A stretch of 64,000 nt of DNA from Octopus bimaculoides (Eukaryota): positions 126,460,824-126,524,823 of the forward strand of contig NC_068984.1 of assembly GCF_001194135.2 (NCBI RefSeq), given 5' to 3'. The position numbers were made by a program, and so were the translations under genes. Under the pieces are notes generated by a model. The model saw only the letters and a program-made list of their open reading frames with translations, made no database searches and was not told where the DNA came from. The first letter of the stretch is position 1; the number at the start of each line of letters is the position of its first letter. Below, in pieces: positions 49,478-62,950 of the stretch.

Positions 49478-49821
49478 NNNNNNNNNNNNNNNNNNNNNNN
49501 NNNNNNNNNNNNNNNNNNNNNNNNNNNNNNNNNNNNNNNNNNNNNNNNNNNNNNNNNNNNNNNNNNNNNNNNNNNNNNNNNNNNNNNNNNNNNNNNNNNN
49601 NNNNNNNNNNNNNNNNNNNNNNNNNNNNNNNNNNNNNNNNNNNNNNNNNNNNNNNNNNNNNNNNNNNNNNNNNNNNNNNNNNNNNNNNNNNNNNNNNNNN
49701 NNNNNNNNNNNNNNNNNNNNNNNNNNNNNNNNNNNNNNNNNNNNNNNNNNNNNNNNNNNNNNNNNNNNNNNNNNNNNNNNNNNNNNNNNNNNNNNNNNNN
49801 NNNNNNNNNNNNNNNNNNNNN

Positions 49822-49867
<46 letters not shown>

Positions 49868-49961
49868 TATATGTGTATCTATATATACATACATACATAT
49901 ATTCATACATACATACATACGGACATTTGAGAGAGAGAGGGAGAGAGAAACAGACAAGCAC

Positions 49962-50084
<123 letters not shown>

Positions 50085-50562
50085 TGTTTCTTTAATCTGA
50101 TTCTGTTTTATGTGAGATTTTATTTTGTCTGTTGAGTAATTCTAGAACAGTCTTTTATCTCAGCTTCTGTGGTTAGAACCAGTTCTTGTATCTAATTACA
50201 GAGTCTCTTCTCATGGAATCGAATCAACCGTTGTTTGAACTGTTGCATTTATCAGCTATTGATTGAGTTTCGTGCCTTAAAATTGTTTACACCACCAGCC
50301 TGAGGTCATTGGAGGTTTGTGGTAGTGCATTTGTCTTGTTTGTGTGCACGAGTATGTATTATGTATGTGTGAAGAAAATTAGGCTATTATCTTTAGACTT
50401 CAAGGTTTTTTGCTCTTACTGTCACAAAGAATATTATACATCTCTCAAAATGTGTTAATAAAAAATATTTTTTACTGATTTTTTTTGCATCAATATATGT
50501 TTGTGTTTGTAAGTGATTTATGTGTGTGTGTGTGTGTTTGTATGTGTGTGTACATAGACATA

Positions 50563-50962
50563 GTGGAGGCGCAATGGCCCAATGGTTAGGGCAGCGGATT
50601 CACGGTCATAGGATCGCGGTTTCGATTCCCAGACCGGGCGTTATGAGTGTTTATTGAGCGAAAACACCTAAAGCTCCACAAGGCTCTGGCAGGGGATGGT
50701 GGTGAACCCTGCTGTACTTTTTCACCACAACTTTCTCTCACTCTTACTTCCTGTTTCTGTTGTGCCTGTAATTCAAAGGGTCAGCCTTGTCACACTGTGC
50801 CATGCTGAATATCCCCGAGAACTACGTTAAAGGTACACTTGTCTGTGGTATGCTCAGCCACTTGCACGTTAATTTCACAAGCAGGCTGTTCCGTTGATCA
50901 GATCAACTGGAACCCTCGACGTCGTAAGCGATGGAGTGCCAACAACAACAAAACAAAACAAA
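50563..50962 (+). mobile_element. Full-length tRNA(Arg)-like SINE with 13-bp TSD
   Basis: Head ggaggcgcaatggcccaatggttagggc..ggtttcgattcccagaccggg; (aac)n tail; TSD gtacatagacata at 50550-50562 and 50963-50975. Possibly an OR-type octopus SINE (not verified). Confidence 0.9.
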
Positions 50963-51014
50963 GTACATAGACATAAACATTGATAGCCACTCATATATAA
51001 GCAAGTATGTTTCA

Positions 51015-51245
51015 CCCTTTTGTTACTAATCTACCTGAAAACACCCTTGGTTCTGTGATGGAAATTTCTTGTTTTTAGATGATCTAAATTTAAGCATCTT
51101 ATCAAGATTTCTTCTTAATTTGTGTTCCAAACATCAGCTTAATAATATCAGTTATTACAAGGTTATTTTATTAAATTCTTAATTACTTGCAAAATTAATT
51201 GAAACAAAGACTGCGTATTGTCACAGAAATATGCTAACAAACGGG
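51015..51245. mobile_element. piggyBac-like MITE family 2
   Basis: ttca-CCCTTTTGTTAC ... CTAACAAACGGG-TTAA (TIR 10/12; left TSD is a TTAA variant). Confidence 0.7.
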
Positions 51246-51519
51246 TTAAATGTATGTAAATAGAAATGCCTGTGTGTGTGTTTCTGTGTGTGTGTATGTA
51301 TGTATGTGTGTGTGTGTGTGTGTATATATATCTTGTTTCAGTCATTGGACTGTGACCATGCTGGGGCACCAGCTTGTAAGGTTTTGTTGAACAAATCAAC
51401 CCCAGTACTTATTTATTTTTTAAAGTCTGGTACTCATACTATTGATCTATTTGGCAGAACTGCTAAGTCATAGGGATGTAAATAAACCAACACTGGTTGT
51501 CAAGTAATGTTGGGGGATG

Positions 51520-51560
<41 letters not shown>

Positions 51561-52059
51561 ACATGCACACAGTGGGCTTCTTCCAGTTTCTGTCATAATG
51601 TGGGACATAACAGTTTTCATCTTTTCAGGGTTGATAAATTAAGTACCAGTTGCATACTGGGGTTGATCTAATCGACTGACCCCCCCTCCCACCAAATTTC
51701 AGGCCTTGTGCCTATAGTAGAAAGGATTATTATTATTATATTGAAGATATAGGTGAATAACAGAATCAGTCAAAGGCTGGACAAATGATCTGTGATTTTT
51801 AGTTGTGCCACTGTTTGTTTCTGAGTTCAAATCTTGCTGGGACTGAGGTCAACTTCACCTTACCTTCTTCCAGGGTCAATAAAATAAGTACCAGTCATGT
51901 ATAAGGGGTGAGCCTCATTTCATAAACTGTGTTCACCCTCAACATTTATGGCACAGTGTCAATGTTGAAAACTATTATTATTATATCGAAGCCATTGTAT
52001 AAATCTGAGGTTGAGTAGATTTGTGGTTGGCGATATATTTTTTTTATAGAATATGGTAA

Positions 52060-52447
52060 TTTTAAAACAAGCGCTCTCTTCTGATCTTTATATATGAAAG
52101 GTTTACCTGACAGTTCTTTGATTTCTTGCTTTTAATCTCACTTCATTATTCCCATATTATTCTCAACGTTCCTATAATTACAACAGAATGTTCTGTTTCT
52201 GCATCCATATTTCATATCAACTTTCATATGTCTTTCTCTAGTTCTTTATACAGAGAGTTTTTGGAATCCCCTTCACTGAGATATTATTTGCCTATTAGAA
52301 GAAGCCACATCAATAAATGTACAATGTCTGGATATCTTGTCTTTTATAACGATGTCAGGATGGTTCATTCCTATCTCTTTATCTCTGTGTATTTGCATAT
52401 CTCATAGAATCACACCATTTCCATTCTTTACAACTCTCTTTGGGGCT
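52060..52447 (-). mobile_element. Older R4/Dong-like RLE-domain fragment
   Basis: Minus-strand remnants ..RYPDIV.., KNSLYKELEKDI, SVVIIGTLRII parallel the 39654 element; many stops. Confidence 0.55.
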
Positions 52448-53170
52448 TGCTTCATCATCATCATCATCATAATCATAATTAAGATGGTGAGCTGGTAGAT
52501 TTGTCAGCATGCTGGGTAAAATGCTTAGCAACATTTCGTCTGTCTTTATGTTCTGAATTCAAATACTCTGATGGTCTACTTTGTCTTTCATCCTTTTGGG
52601 GTTGATATAGTAAGTATCACTTGAACACTAGGGTTAATTTAATCAACTTACACTCTCCCCCCAAATTGCTAGCCTTGTGCCAAAATTTAAACACTTATTA
52701 TTATTATTATTATAAGAAGAAGAAGAGTGCCATTGTCATCTAGTGAATGATATTTTGACATCTTGTGTGTCTTCAACAGAGAGAGATAGGGAAGAGAAAT
52801 GGAGAGAGAGAGGTGATGGTGAGTGAAATGTGTAATTTTTTTCAACTAAGTTTTTTTTCCCTACGTTACTTAGCCCATCTGTAACGCTTTCATGTGATTA
52901 GTTGAAGAGAAAGGAGAAGAGCAAAAGAAAAAGGAGAGAAAGTCAAAGAGTGAGAGAGAAAGAGGGAGAGTATTGTGTATTAAGTCTATGAAATAGTGCA
53001 TAAAGTATATAAAGTGTATATGTATAAAGTGCATTAAGTAATCACCATATTCCAATTTCCTTCACGTTTCAATGATTAATAGATGAGCAACTATCTTTTA
53101 ATACAGACACAACATGGGTTACATTTTCAAGTTTTCTAGATAAAGTTTTCAGAAATAACCCAATAAATTT

Positions 53171-53724
53171 ATCATCATCATCATCATCATCATCATCGTT
53201 TAACGTCCGCTTTCCATGCTGGCATGGGTTGGATAGTTTGACTGGGGACTGGTAAGCCAGATGGCTGCACCAGGCTCCAATCTGATCTGACAGAGTTTCT
53301 ACAGCTGGATGCCCTTCTTAACGCCAACCACTCCGAGAATGTAGTGGGTGCTTTTACGTGCCACCGGCATGAAGGCCAGTCAGGCGGTACTGGCAACGGC
53401 CACGCTTGAAATGGTGTATTTTATGTGCCACCTACACAGGAGCCAGTCCAGCGGCACTGGTAACAATCTAGCTTGAATGTCTTTTCATGTGCCACTGGCA
53501 CAAGTGCCAGGAAGGCGACATTGGTAACGATCACGCTCAAGTGGTGCTATTTACGTGCCACTGGCATGGAAGCCAGACAGCTGCTCTGGCAACTATCACG
53601 CTCGGACGGTGCTCTTAGTGCTCTACTGGTACAGGTGCCATCATGATTTCACTTTCGCTTGCCCCAACAGGTCTTCGCAAGCCGAGTTTAGTGTTCAATG
53701 AAAGAGACGTTGGCATGGGTGCCC
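53171..53724 (-). mobile_element. Family D retroposon, longest copy
   Basis: (atc)n-tttaacgtccgctttccatgc tail plus internal gtgccactggca..gatcacgctc repeats; ends ggcatgggtgccc. Confidence 0.85.
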
Positions 53725-54254
53725 GTCGTCAAATTTAGTTCAATTCTGAGTTGAAATTTTGCTGAGGTCAAATTTGTCTTTCATTTTTTTTCATTTTTCC
53801 TTTCATTGACCCCATTTTAGCACTGGTATGAAGGTTATTGAATTCCCCACCCCATCAAAATTACTGGCCTTGTACCAACATTAGAAAAATCATCATTATT
53901 ATTGTTATTGTTGTTAACTATGTTTTGAATCCACTAGAAAGTTGGTCATCATATATTTAGCTCAGCTTGTTTGTGAAGCGGCTCTGCTAAAAGCTCGATT
54001 GAATCATTGAGCGATAAGAAAGTCAAGTATTAGTAGGGTCTGCTAAAAGTGGCTCTTTTCTTTGAAGAGTGTCAGCTACTATTAATACTAAAACTACTTA
54101 AGACATCACATGCTGTTCTGACTTTCACAGACAACTGCTCAGTGCTAGCTGTTTGTAGCCAAGCTAATCTATATTGATTACTGATCTGGCATGTATTATA
54201 TACTGGATTTGGACCGGCTGATTGGCTGGCTGACTGGCTCCTAGTGTTGGTGAT

Positions 54255-54825
54255 GATGATGGCAGTGGTAGTGGTAGTGGTACTGGTACCGTTTGCAACT
54301 GTTGGTGATGGTAGTTGTGGTGGTATCCATGCATGTGGTGTTAGTAATAAGGATAATTATAATGACGACGACGATGATGACAATGGTGATGATGGTGATG
54401 ATAGTGGTACTGGTACCATTTGCAACTGTTGGTGATTGTGGGTGTGGCGGTAGTGGTGCATGTGGTGTTAATAATCATCATTGTCATCGTCATCGTCGTT
54501 TAACGTCCGCTTTCCATGCTAGCATGGGTTGGACGATTTGACTGAGGACTGGTGAAACCAGCAGGCTGCACCAGGCTCCGACAATGATGATGATGATAAT
54601 GATGATGACAATGGTGATGATGGTAGTGGCAGTGGTAGTGGTACTGGTACCATTTGCGGCTGTTGGTGATGGTTGTGATGGTATTGGTACATGTGTTGTT
54701 AGTAATAAGGATAATTATGATGACAATGATGATGATGACGATGATGATGATGGAGGTGAGGATGATAATGATGTAGTGGTAGTGGTACTTTTGTAACTGT
54801 TGATGTTAGTAATAATGATAATTAA
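54255..54825. repeat. Degenerate ~130-bp tandem unit x3-4, interrupted by a family D tail
   Basis: gtggtactggtacc(a/g)tttgcaactgttggtgat..catgtggtgttagtaataaggataattat recurs near 54275, 54405, 54635 and (partial) 54780; D tail at 54495-54580. Confidence 0.8.
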
Positions 54826-56802
54826 GATGATGATGGTGATGGTAGTGATGATGGTGATGGTTGTGTTGGTTATAGTAAAGTATTGGTTGTGTATTTGGTG
54901 TTTGGCTATACTATAGTGGTGATGTAGGTTGTAGTAATGGTAGTGTGGCTTGTAATTAATGGGTGGTAGTGGTGGTGGTGGTTGGTGTGGGTACTGGTGC
55001 TAGTTGGGCAGGTTGTAGTAATAGTAATGGTGATCATGATGGTATGCGTGCTTCTTTTCTGTGTCTGTATCAGTGGTGAATGGTTGTAGTAGTGGTGGTG
55101 GTTGTAGTAGTGATGGAGGTGGTTGTAGTGGTGGCTGTGATGGTGGTGGTGGTGGTTAAGGTGTTCATGATGATGTATATGGTACCTACAGTGCTTGTTG
55201 GTGGTGATGATGGCAAGCCATGCTCTCTCAAGACTCTAGATCTGTAACATAAGTGTGCCGTGAAGCAAGTGGAGTTTATTATGAAGTCTGCTGGGTTAGA
55301 AGAGGTGGTGGATGGGGGTGGGGTATGGCAAAGTGATGGGGGCTGGGAGCAGGTGGAGTGGCCAGAAATGCTAAATTGTTTATAGCAGTTCTGATGCTCA
55401 CATATACCTCCCAACATTACATCAGTCTAAACTCTGCCATCATTAATGACAATATCACAGGGATGACACCTATGATGACCACAATGACCACCACCACAAC
55501 CATCACTGTCACAACGAACACCTCCAGCATCCCCACCACCTCTATCATCATTCTCCCCACCATTCAGAGCCTCTGTGTGCTCACTCAACTTATAGAAATA
55601 GCAGTCAAGTTTTCCTCAAATCACCCTTCATCTTGAAAAAAGGAACACATTGTATAATGTGATTCTAGGTTCCATGAACATGGAAAAAGATGAGATGGTC
55701 ATTACTGGAATGCCTTTGATCATTGTTACCTCTGATCAGGGCTAGCCTGGGGCTAAGCGACTGCAACAAAAACAACTATGATGAACCATAATGGGAACCT
55801 GTGGGTGCTGGCTTGCCTTGAAAGCAATTGGCTACACTGGATAATATAGCCCCTGATGTAAGGGACTATATTATCCAGTTTGATAAAAGGCAAGATGGTC
55901 ATTATTGGAATGCTTTTGGCCATAGATCTATTTAGTCAGGATTGACTTGGGACTAAATAATAGTGACAAGAAGAAGATACTATTGTAACAAATTAACATG
56001 GATGAACTTTGTGTGATCATCCACTCTGTTTCATGTTGCTCCAGTTCACTCAACTGTAGAAATGAGTTGTGACATCACTGGTGCCAAGCTGTATCGGCCT
56101 TTGCTTTTCCCTTGGACAACATTGGTCCCGTGGAGAGGGAAGGCTGGTATACATGGGCAACTGCTGGTTTTCCATAAATAACTTTGCCTGGACTTGTGCC
56201 TCAGAGGGTAACTTCGTAGGTGCAATCCCATGGTCAGTCATGACCGAAGGGGGTCTTTGATATAACACAGGTTTGCTTTATAGTGAAATCTTTACTGGTA
56301 GAAGTTTGAGGCCATAACTGCAATAACAAAGCTAAGAGGGTATGGTAACTATCTTTTCTTTGTGTCTTTTATACTTCTACAATCACTACTAACTTACTCT
56401 GTCCTCTCTATGTTAGTTAACATTACTACCAGTCTTTCTTCCTTGGATCTGAAATACTGAAGCCCTTCTCTTATATTTACATTTTCCACTACAACCTCGG
56501 ATATCATCATACTGAAATTGAAGGTCAACATAAACCATATCATTCTCACCATTCTTGTTAGTTGTGGGTTGTGGGTAGGTGTAGGTGAGAGTTGGTCAGT
56601 CTCCCCCCCAAAAAAATTCTATAACAACACACATTCTTCCATGATCCAAATAACAGTCACAAAAAAATATAATAATGATAATAATAATAAAAATAATAAT
56701 CACAATTGCATAAAGGAAAGAAAATCACTTCTGCGATATTTTCCAAGAAAATCAAATCCTTTTGTTAACTGTTACATTGAGTTGGTGTGAGAAAGATTGA
56801 GA

Positions 56803-56844
<42 letters not shown>

Positions 56845-57494
56845 CTATCATCTCCAGGTTGCTTTCTTTTGATATACATACTTTCACTGGTCAATGGTCA
56901 AGTAGTTGTAGGTTACATTGCTTTGATGTCAAGCTTAATTAGCTTCTTTAAAGCTTCGACGCTTCAGCAAAACTTTTTGCTCCTATGGATTGCTGGTTTT
57001 CACTCATCATGGAAAATTATTGGAAAACTTGGAATCAATTGCGAAGGGAATGTTTGATTTCATGACAATCTCTGATCTTTCATGCAGGAAAGATGAAAAA
57101 TACATTTGGGAGAAAACCTGACATTTCAATACCGTCTTGTAATGCTGCCAATTCAGAATGATTATTTGACTTTGCAATTCCCACTTTACCATTTTGTTCT
57201 GGGGGAAATATCAGCATCAGCTAGTTCTCCCATCTTACTTAGCATTCTCAGTTTGTTTCTCTAATCTGTATATTTATTTGTTTATATATACATTTCAAAG
57301 GTCATAAAAAAAGAATGTCACTTGATAGCAATGAATTTACAAATGCTACACACACACACACACACACACACATAATGGTCTTGTGATACAGAAATATATA
57401 TTCAAATCTGCATATATATGCACCAATATAAAGATCACACACATACACACACACACACATATATATATATACTTTCTTAAATATGTATATATAT

Positions 57495-57720
57495 ATATAT
57501 ATATAAAATTATAATACAGGGTATCAAGAGATACCACCACGCTGAAAAAATAGCAGTCAAATCCTGACTCCAAAACCACAATAAATGTCCGCAAGGCACG
57601 ATTAGCGAAGACGAAGACCAAATAAACCAGTAAAAATAATAAGATAATTTCAAATCCTGGATTTCTGGCTTTGCATAAATGCTCTGCCTTCATCAGTGAA
57701 ATATACTCAAGTACATAAAT
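57495..57720 (-). mobile_element. Penelope-like terminal segment
   Basis: Hammerhead followed by a ..gtcttcgtcttcg.. tail running into (TA)n, the same layout as 19263-19502; CpGs retained. Confidence 0.6.
57647..57702 (-). ncRNA. Type-I hammerhead ribozyme motif
   Basis: AUUUCA-CUGAUGA-A-GGC AGA GCA UUUA UGC AAA GCC-A-GAAA-UCC A GG-AUU-UGAAAU: 6-bp helix I, bulged helix II, 4-bp helix III. Confidence 0.65.
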
Positions 57721-58397
57721 ACAAATACATGCATATAAACAGTATACTTACATATACGGACGTATACATACATATATATGCACCTATGCACACGACTAGC
57801 TTNNNNNNNNNNNNNNNNNNNNNNNNNNNNNNNNNNNNNNNNNNNNNNNNNNNNNNNNNNNNNNNNNNNNNNNNNNNNNNNNNNNNNNNNNNNNNNNNNN
57901 NNNNNNNNNNNNNNNNNNNNNNNNNNNNNNNNNNNNNNNNNNNNNNNNNNNNNNNNNNNNNNNNNNNNNNNNNNNNNNNNNNNNNNNNNNNNNNNNNNNN
58001 NNNNNNNNNNNNNNNNNNNNNNNNNNNNNNNNNNNNNNNNNNNNNNNNNNNNNNNNNNNNNNNNNNNNNNNNNNNNNNNNNNNNNNNNNNNNNNNNNNNN
58101 NNNNNNNNNNNNNNNNNNNNNNNNNNNNNNNNNNNNNNNNNNNTATATATATATATATATATATATACATACATACATAAATATATATACATATATATGC
58201 ACACACATACATAAATATATATATATATATATACACACATAAATATATATACATACATAAATATATATATACAAACATAAATATATATATATTGTATTTG
58301 GGGAGAGTCATTCTCTCTCTCTCTTTCTCAATATATATATACATGTATATATATATATATCATGACTTATCCACATATACTTAAATAAGTGGCAATA

Positions 58398-58428
<31 letters not shown>

Positions 58429-58435
<7 letters not shown>

Positions 58436-58660
58436 TTATAAAATCTGGTAATTAATCATATATTAATTAATATCGATTAATTATCAGGAGGTAAAATTCA
58501 AAAGTCTTCGTTTTGGCGCGCTAATTCCAGGAATATATCTGCAGAAAATATTTACTGCGTCGTATATATTCAGTATGAGAAAATGGGTAATGGGTAAAAT
58601 ATTATTATAAAATCTGGTGATTAATCATATATTAATTAATATCGATTAATTATCAGGAGG
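58429..58660. repeat. 63-bp direct repeat pair (58429-58491, 58598-58660; 1 mismatch)
   Basis: aatattattataaaatctggt(a/g)attaatcatatattaattaatatcgattaattatcaggagg. Confidence 0.92.
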
Positions 58661-58844
58661 CCAGCACATCTAAAGAACCAGAGAGATTCAGAAATAGTGA
58701 ATTTTACCATTAAGCTGTAATTAGCAGAACCATATACACGCGCACCCATGGAGGTGGGCAACTCTGTATACGATTCTGATGATTGCGGTTACATTACAAA
58801 TCAGGCTGAAGAGGAATGGACAATCGGTAAGATTGTTAAATCCG

Positions 58845-59783
58845 NNNNNNNNNNNNNNNNNNNNNNNNNNNNNNNNNNNNNNNNNNNNNNNNNNNNNNNN
58901 NNNNNNNNNNNNNNNNNNNNNNNNNNNNNNNNNNNNNNNNNNNNNNNNNNNNNNNNNNNNNNNNNNNNNNNNNNNNNNNNNNNNNNNNNNNNNNNNNNNN
59001 NNNNNNNNNNNNNNNNNNNNNNNNNNNNNNNNNNNNNNNNNNNNNNNNNNNNNNNNNNNNNNNNNNNNNNNNNNNNNNNNNNNNNNNNNNNNNNNNNNNN
59101 NNNNNNNNNNNNNNNNNNNNNNNNNNNNNNNNNNNNNNNNNNNNNNNNNNNNNNNNNNNNNNNNNNNNNNNNNNNNNNNNNNNNNNNNNNNNNNNNNNNN
59201 NNNNNNNNNNNNNNNNNNNNNNNNNNNNNNNNNNNNNNNNNNNNNNNNNNNNNNNNNNNNNNNNNNNNNNNNNNNNNNNNNNNNNNNNNNNNNNNNNNNN
59301 NNNNNNNNNNNNNNNNNNNNNNNNNNNNNNNNNNNNNNNNNNNNNNNNNNNNNNNNNNNNNNNNNNNNNNNNNNNNNNNNNNNNNNNNNNNNNNNNNNNN
59401 NNNNNNNNNNNNNNNNNNNNNNNNNNNNNNNNNNNNNNNNNNNNNNNNNNNNNNNNNNNNNNNNNNNNNNNNNNNNNNNNNNNNNNNNNNNNNNNNNNNN
59501 NNNNNNNNNNNNNNNNNNNNNNNNNNNNNNNNNNNNNNNNNNNNNNNNNNNNNNNNNNNNNNNNNNNNNNNNNNNNNNNNNNNNNNNNNNNNNNNNNNNN
59601 NNNNNNNNNNNNNNNNNNNNNNNNNNNNNNNNNNNNNNNNNNNNNNNNNNNNNNNNNNNNNNNNNNNNNNNNNNNNNNNNNNNNNNNNNNNNNNNNNNNN
59701 NNNNNNNNNNNNNNNNNNNNNNNNNNNNNNNNNNNNNNNNNNNNNNNNNNNNNNNNNNNNNNNNNNNNNNNNNNNNNNNNNNN
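58845..59783. other. Assembly gap (largest of nine N-runs)
   Basis: Others: 14201-14210, 17712-17721, 20713-20812, 34944-35076, 45545-46075, 49478-49821, 57803-58143, 60576-60585. Confidence 1.
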
Positions 59784-60034
59784 ACAACATGAAATACGAA
59801 AACAAATGGGATGAAGAAATGGGAAGGTGGCAAAGAGAGATTCAGTGTGTGTGTGTGAGGATAGGGAAATGCAGGACGAATGTTGTTACCTGTTTTTCCA
59901 TTTCTCACTTCACTAACTTCATCATCATCATCATCATCCTTTTGTTCCTCATCCTCATCTACATTGTCATCACAACTGACTTCGTTATATCACATCACTA
60001 CTATCAGCTCATCTACATTATCATCATCACCACC

Positions 60035-60078
<44 letters not shown>

Positions 60079-60540
60079 GTGTTCATGACCACTATCATCA
60101 TCATCATCATCACCATGGCCATAATCATATTCCTTATCTCTCTAAAAAAAAAAAAAAAAAAGATAAAAATTAGATAAAAATAAAAAGAAGAGATCCGTTG
60201 ATAATTGCGTTGTATTGTGTAGGTAATAACTAACTCAATTTAGCGATGTGACCTAGTTTGCTGGTGTTCAGATCTTATTAACCTTCTTCCTTCCCATATG
60301 TTCTGCCAACTTCGTTATGGTTATATCAGATCTCTGTAATACTGAAACTGTATTGGCATTACTCTTAATAATTGAATGCTAAAAATGGTAGCTGTATCTT
60401 GCTGAAAATACACCATCAATCTTAGATAAAAATTCTTTCCTTATAACCTGTTTAATGTTTTCTACTTGATATATATGTGTGTGTGTGTGTGTATGCATGT
60501 ATATATATATATAATGTATATACACATATATATATGTACA

Positions 60541-60575
<35 letters not shown>

Positions 60576-60585
60576 NNNNNNNNNN

Positions 60586-60629
<44 letters not shown>

Positions 60630-62349
60630 ATACTTGTCTATAATACATGTATTTATATATATATATGTATAGTTATCTAATATATGTATATATATATAAT
60701 ATATGTATTTATATGTGCATGTATAGCTATCTATAATATATTGATACACACACACTTGCACGTACATATATATTATATATATATATGTACGCATGCATAC
60801 ACACACGCATGTATAGATATTACATTTCTATGCACACACACACACACACAACACACACACACACATACACACACACACATACACTCAAATAAATAGATTT
60901 CTGATTGTTGTTGTTGTTGTCATTGTTGATGTAGTTTTAACTGTTTTGCATCAAACTTTTCTATGATGGAAAAGGGTGATGTGGTGAGGAGTGGAGTGCT
61001 GGATTTTTTCTCCCTTTTCTTTATCTATTTAACATGAAAGTGTAGGAGTTGTGGCAAGAAAGAGAATTGAAGAAATGAAGGAAGCAAGTACTGCTTTGTT
61101 GCTTAGCTCCAAATCAGTGCTCAATGAGCAGACCTATGATGAAAGGCATTCCAACCATGACCATCTCATCTGTTTCTCTTTGTACACTGAACCCATAACC
61201 ACATTATCCTTTGTGTCCTCCTTTTAGTTTTTAAGATAGTAAGGTGTGATTTGAGGGGGATATGGCTGCTATGTCTAGTAGGGTAAGTGACCAAGTAGGT
61301 ATTCTCCCATTGGCTTGGGAACAGAACTGTTATATCTGTTGGCAACAAAATATTTTATTCATCATCACCATCGTCATCATCATCATCATTATTTAATATC
61401 CATTTTTCTAAGCTCACATGGGTCAGATGGGATTTGTTGAGGGCTGATGCCCTTTCTGTTGCCAACCCTCGTCTGTTTCCAAGCAAGTTCACACAAGGTC
61501 AGACATGTTTTCATAGAAGATCGGAAACAAACAACATTGCTTGTATGATGGTGATACTCGTTTACAATCATCATGTGATATCTAGAGAAGGATATGCACA
61601 AATACATACACATACATGGATCTCATCTTCTTCACCCACTTACTCCTGGGAAGGTCATGGGGCAGAGTCCTCAAGCACACTTTCCATCAGGTCCTGTCAG
61701 AAACGACCATCTCCAATTGATCTGGCTGGATCCACGAGTGGGACTAACTGAGCTCATGGGTATTATCGAATTATCCTCATTATCATAATCGTCGTCTAAT
61801 ATCCATTTTTCTAAGCTCACATGGATCAGATGGGATTTATTGAGACTAATGCCCTTTCTGTTGCCAACCCTCATCTGTTTCCAAGCAAGGTCGTCAGACA
61901 TGGCCAGACATGTTTTCATGGAAGATTGGAAACAAACAACATTGCTTGTATGATGGTGATTTATCTTGCTTGTGATTTATCCCTTGGCCTTCTGCTGGTT
62001 GGTTTTGTTTGTAAAACCTGTCCATTAATCCTGGGACATTCTTACCACATGTCTGTAGTATCAGAGCTGTGATCTCTCAATTCAGAGAAGTAGTGACTCT
62101 ACCTGGAGTTACATAATCTATCAAGTAATGTTACTCTAAAGGCCCTTTGGAGGAATCCCATTTCTACTGCTTGTATTGTGATTGTAATCTTTTAGCATTA
62201 TGCCTGATCCACAACCATAGATAAGGCAAAGCATGAACACCAAATTAAAGTTAGTGAGTTTGGCTTTTACACCCATCTTCCTTCTGATGAGTGAAAGCTG
62301 AAACTGGTGCATTTCTAAGTGACCTACACAACATACATACATGCATATG

Positions 62350-62950
62350 ATGGGCTTCTTTCAGGTTCCATCTGCCAAAGCGACACACAAGGCTTTAGTT
62401 GGACTAGGGCTATAGTAGAAGACACCTGGCCAAGGTGAGGTGCTATGCAGTGGGACTGAACCCAAGACTACATGGTTTGGAAGCAAGCTTGTCAACCATA
62501 CAGCCATACCTGCACCTGTGTACAGTTTTTACAAAAGGTAGACTACATAGTAAAGAAACATGGAGCAATGAATGTAAAAGAACAGGGCATGCTAGAGACA
62601 AATACGGTAAATATTTTCCAATGAATATGGTTGGCACATGGCTATGTAGCCTCCCAACCATATTGGTCTAGGTTCAGTGTCACTGCGTGGCACCTTGAGC
62701 AAGTGTCTTCTACTATAGTCTCGGGCCAGCCAAAGCCTTGTGAGTAAATTTGTCAGGTAGAAATTAAGAGTCCATCGTGTGTGTGTGTGTGTGTGTGTGT
62801 CACTTGGCACTGCTTGACAATTGATGCTGGTTTGTTCACATTTCTATAACTAAATAATATTCAGCATAAGAGACTGATAAAATAAGTATGAGGCTTAAAA
62901 GAATAAGTACTGGAATCGATTCATTTTACTAAAACCCTTCAAGAAACAAA
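62350..62950. mobile_element. Head-to-head family A SINE pair
   Basis: 62350-62515 (-) 5' half and 62635-62950 (+) near-complete copy. Confidence 0.78.

Noticed and set aside
50563-50640. tRNA gene
   Set aside because: tRNA-like head continues into a SINE body bounded by a 13-bp TSD; the same applies to all other tRNA-like heads in the window.
59892-59990. Acidic minus-strand frame ending at a CAG|GTAACA donor
   Set aside because: In-frame stop ~32 codons upstream, no acceptor, and the sequence is (gat)n low complexity.
62275-62315. CUGAUGA-GUGAAAGCU-GAAA-CUGGUG hammerhead-like string
   Set aside because: The triplet is GUG and no helix I can be formed.
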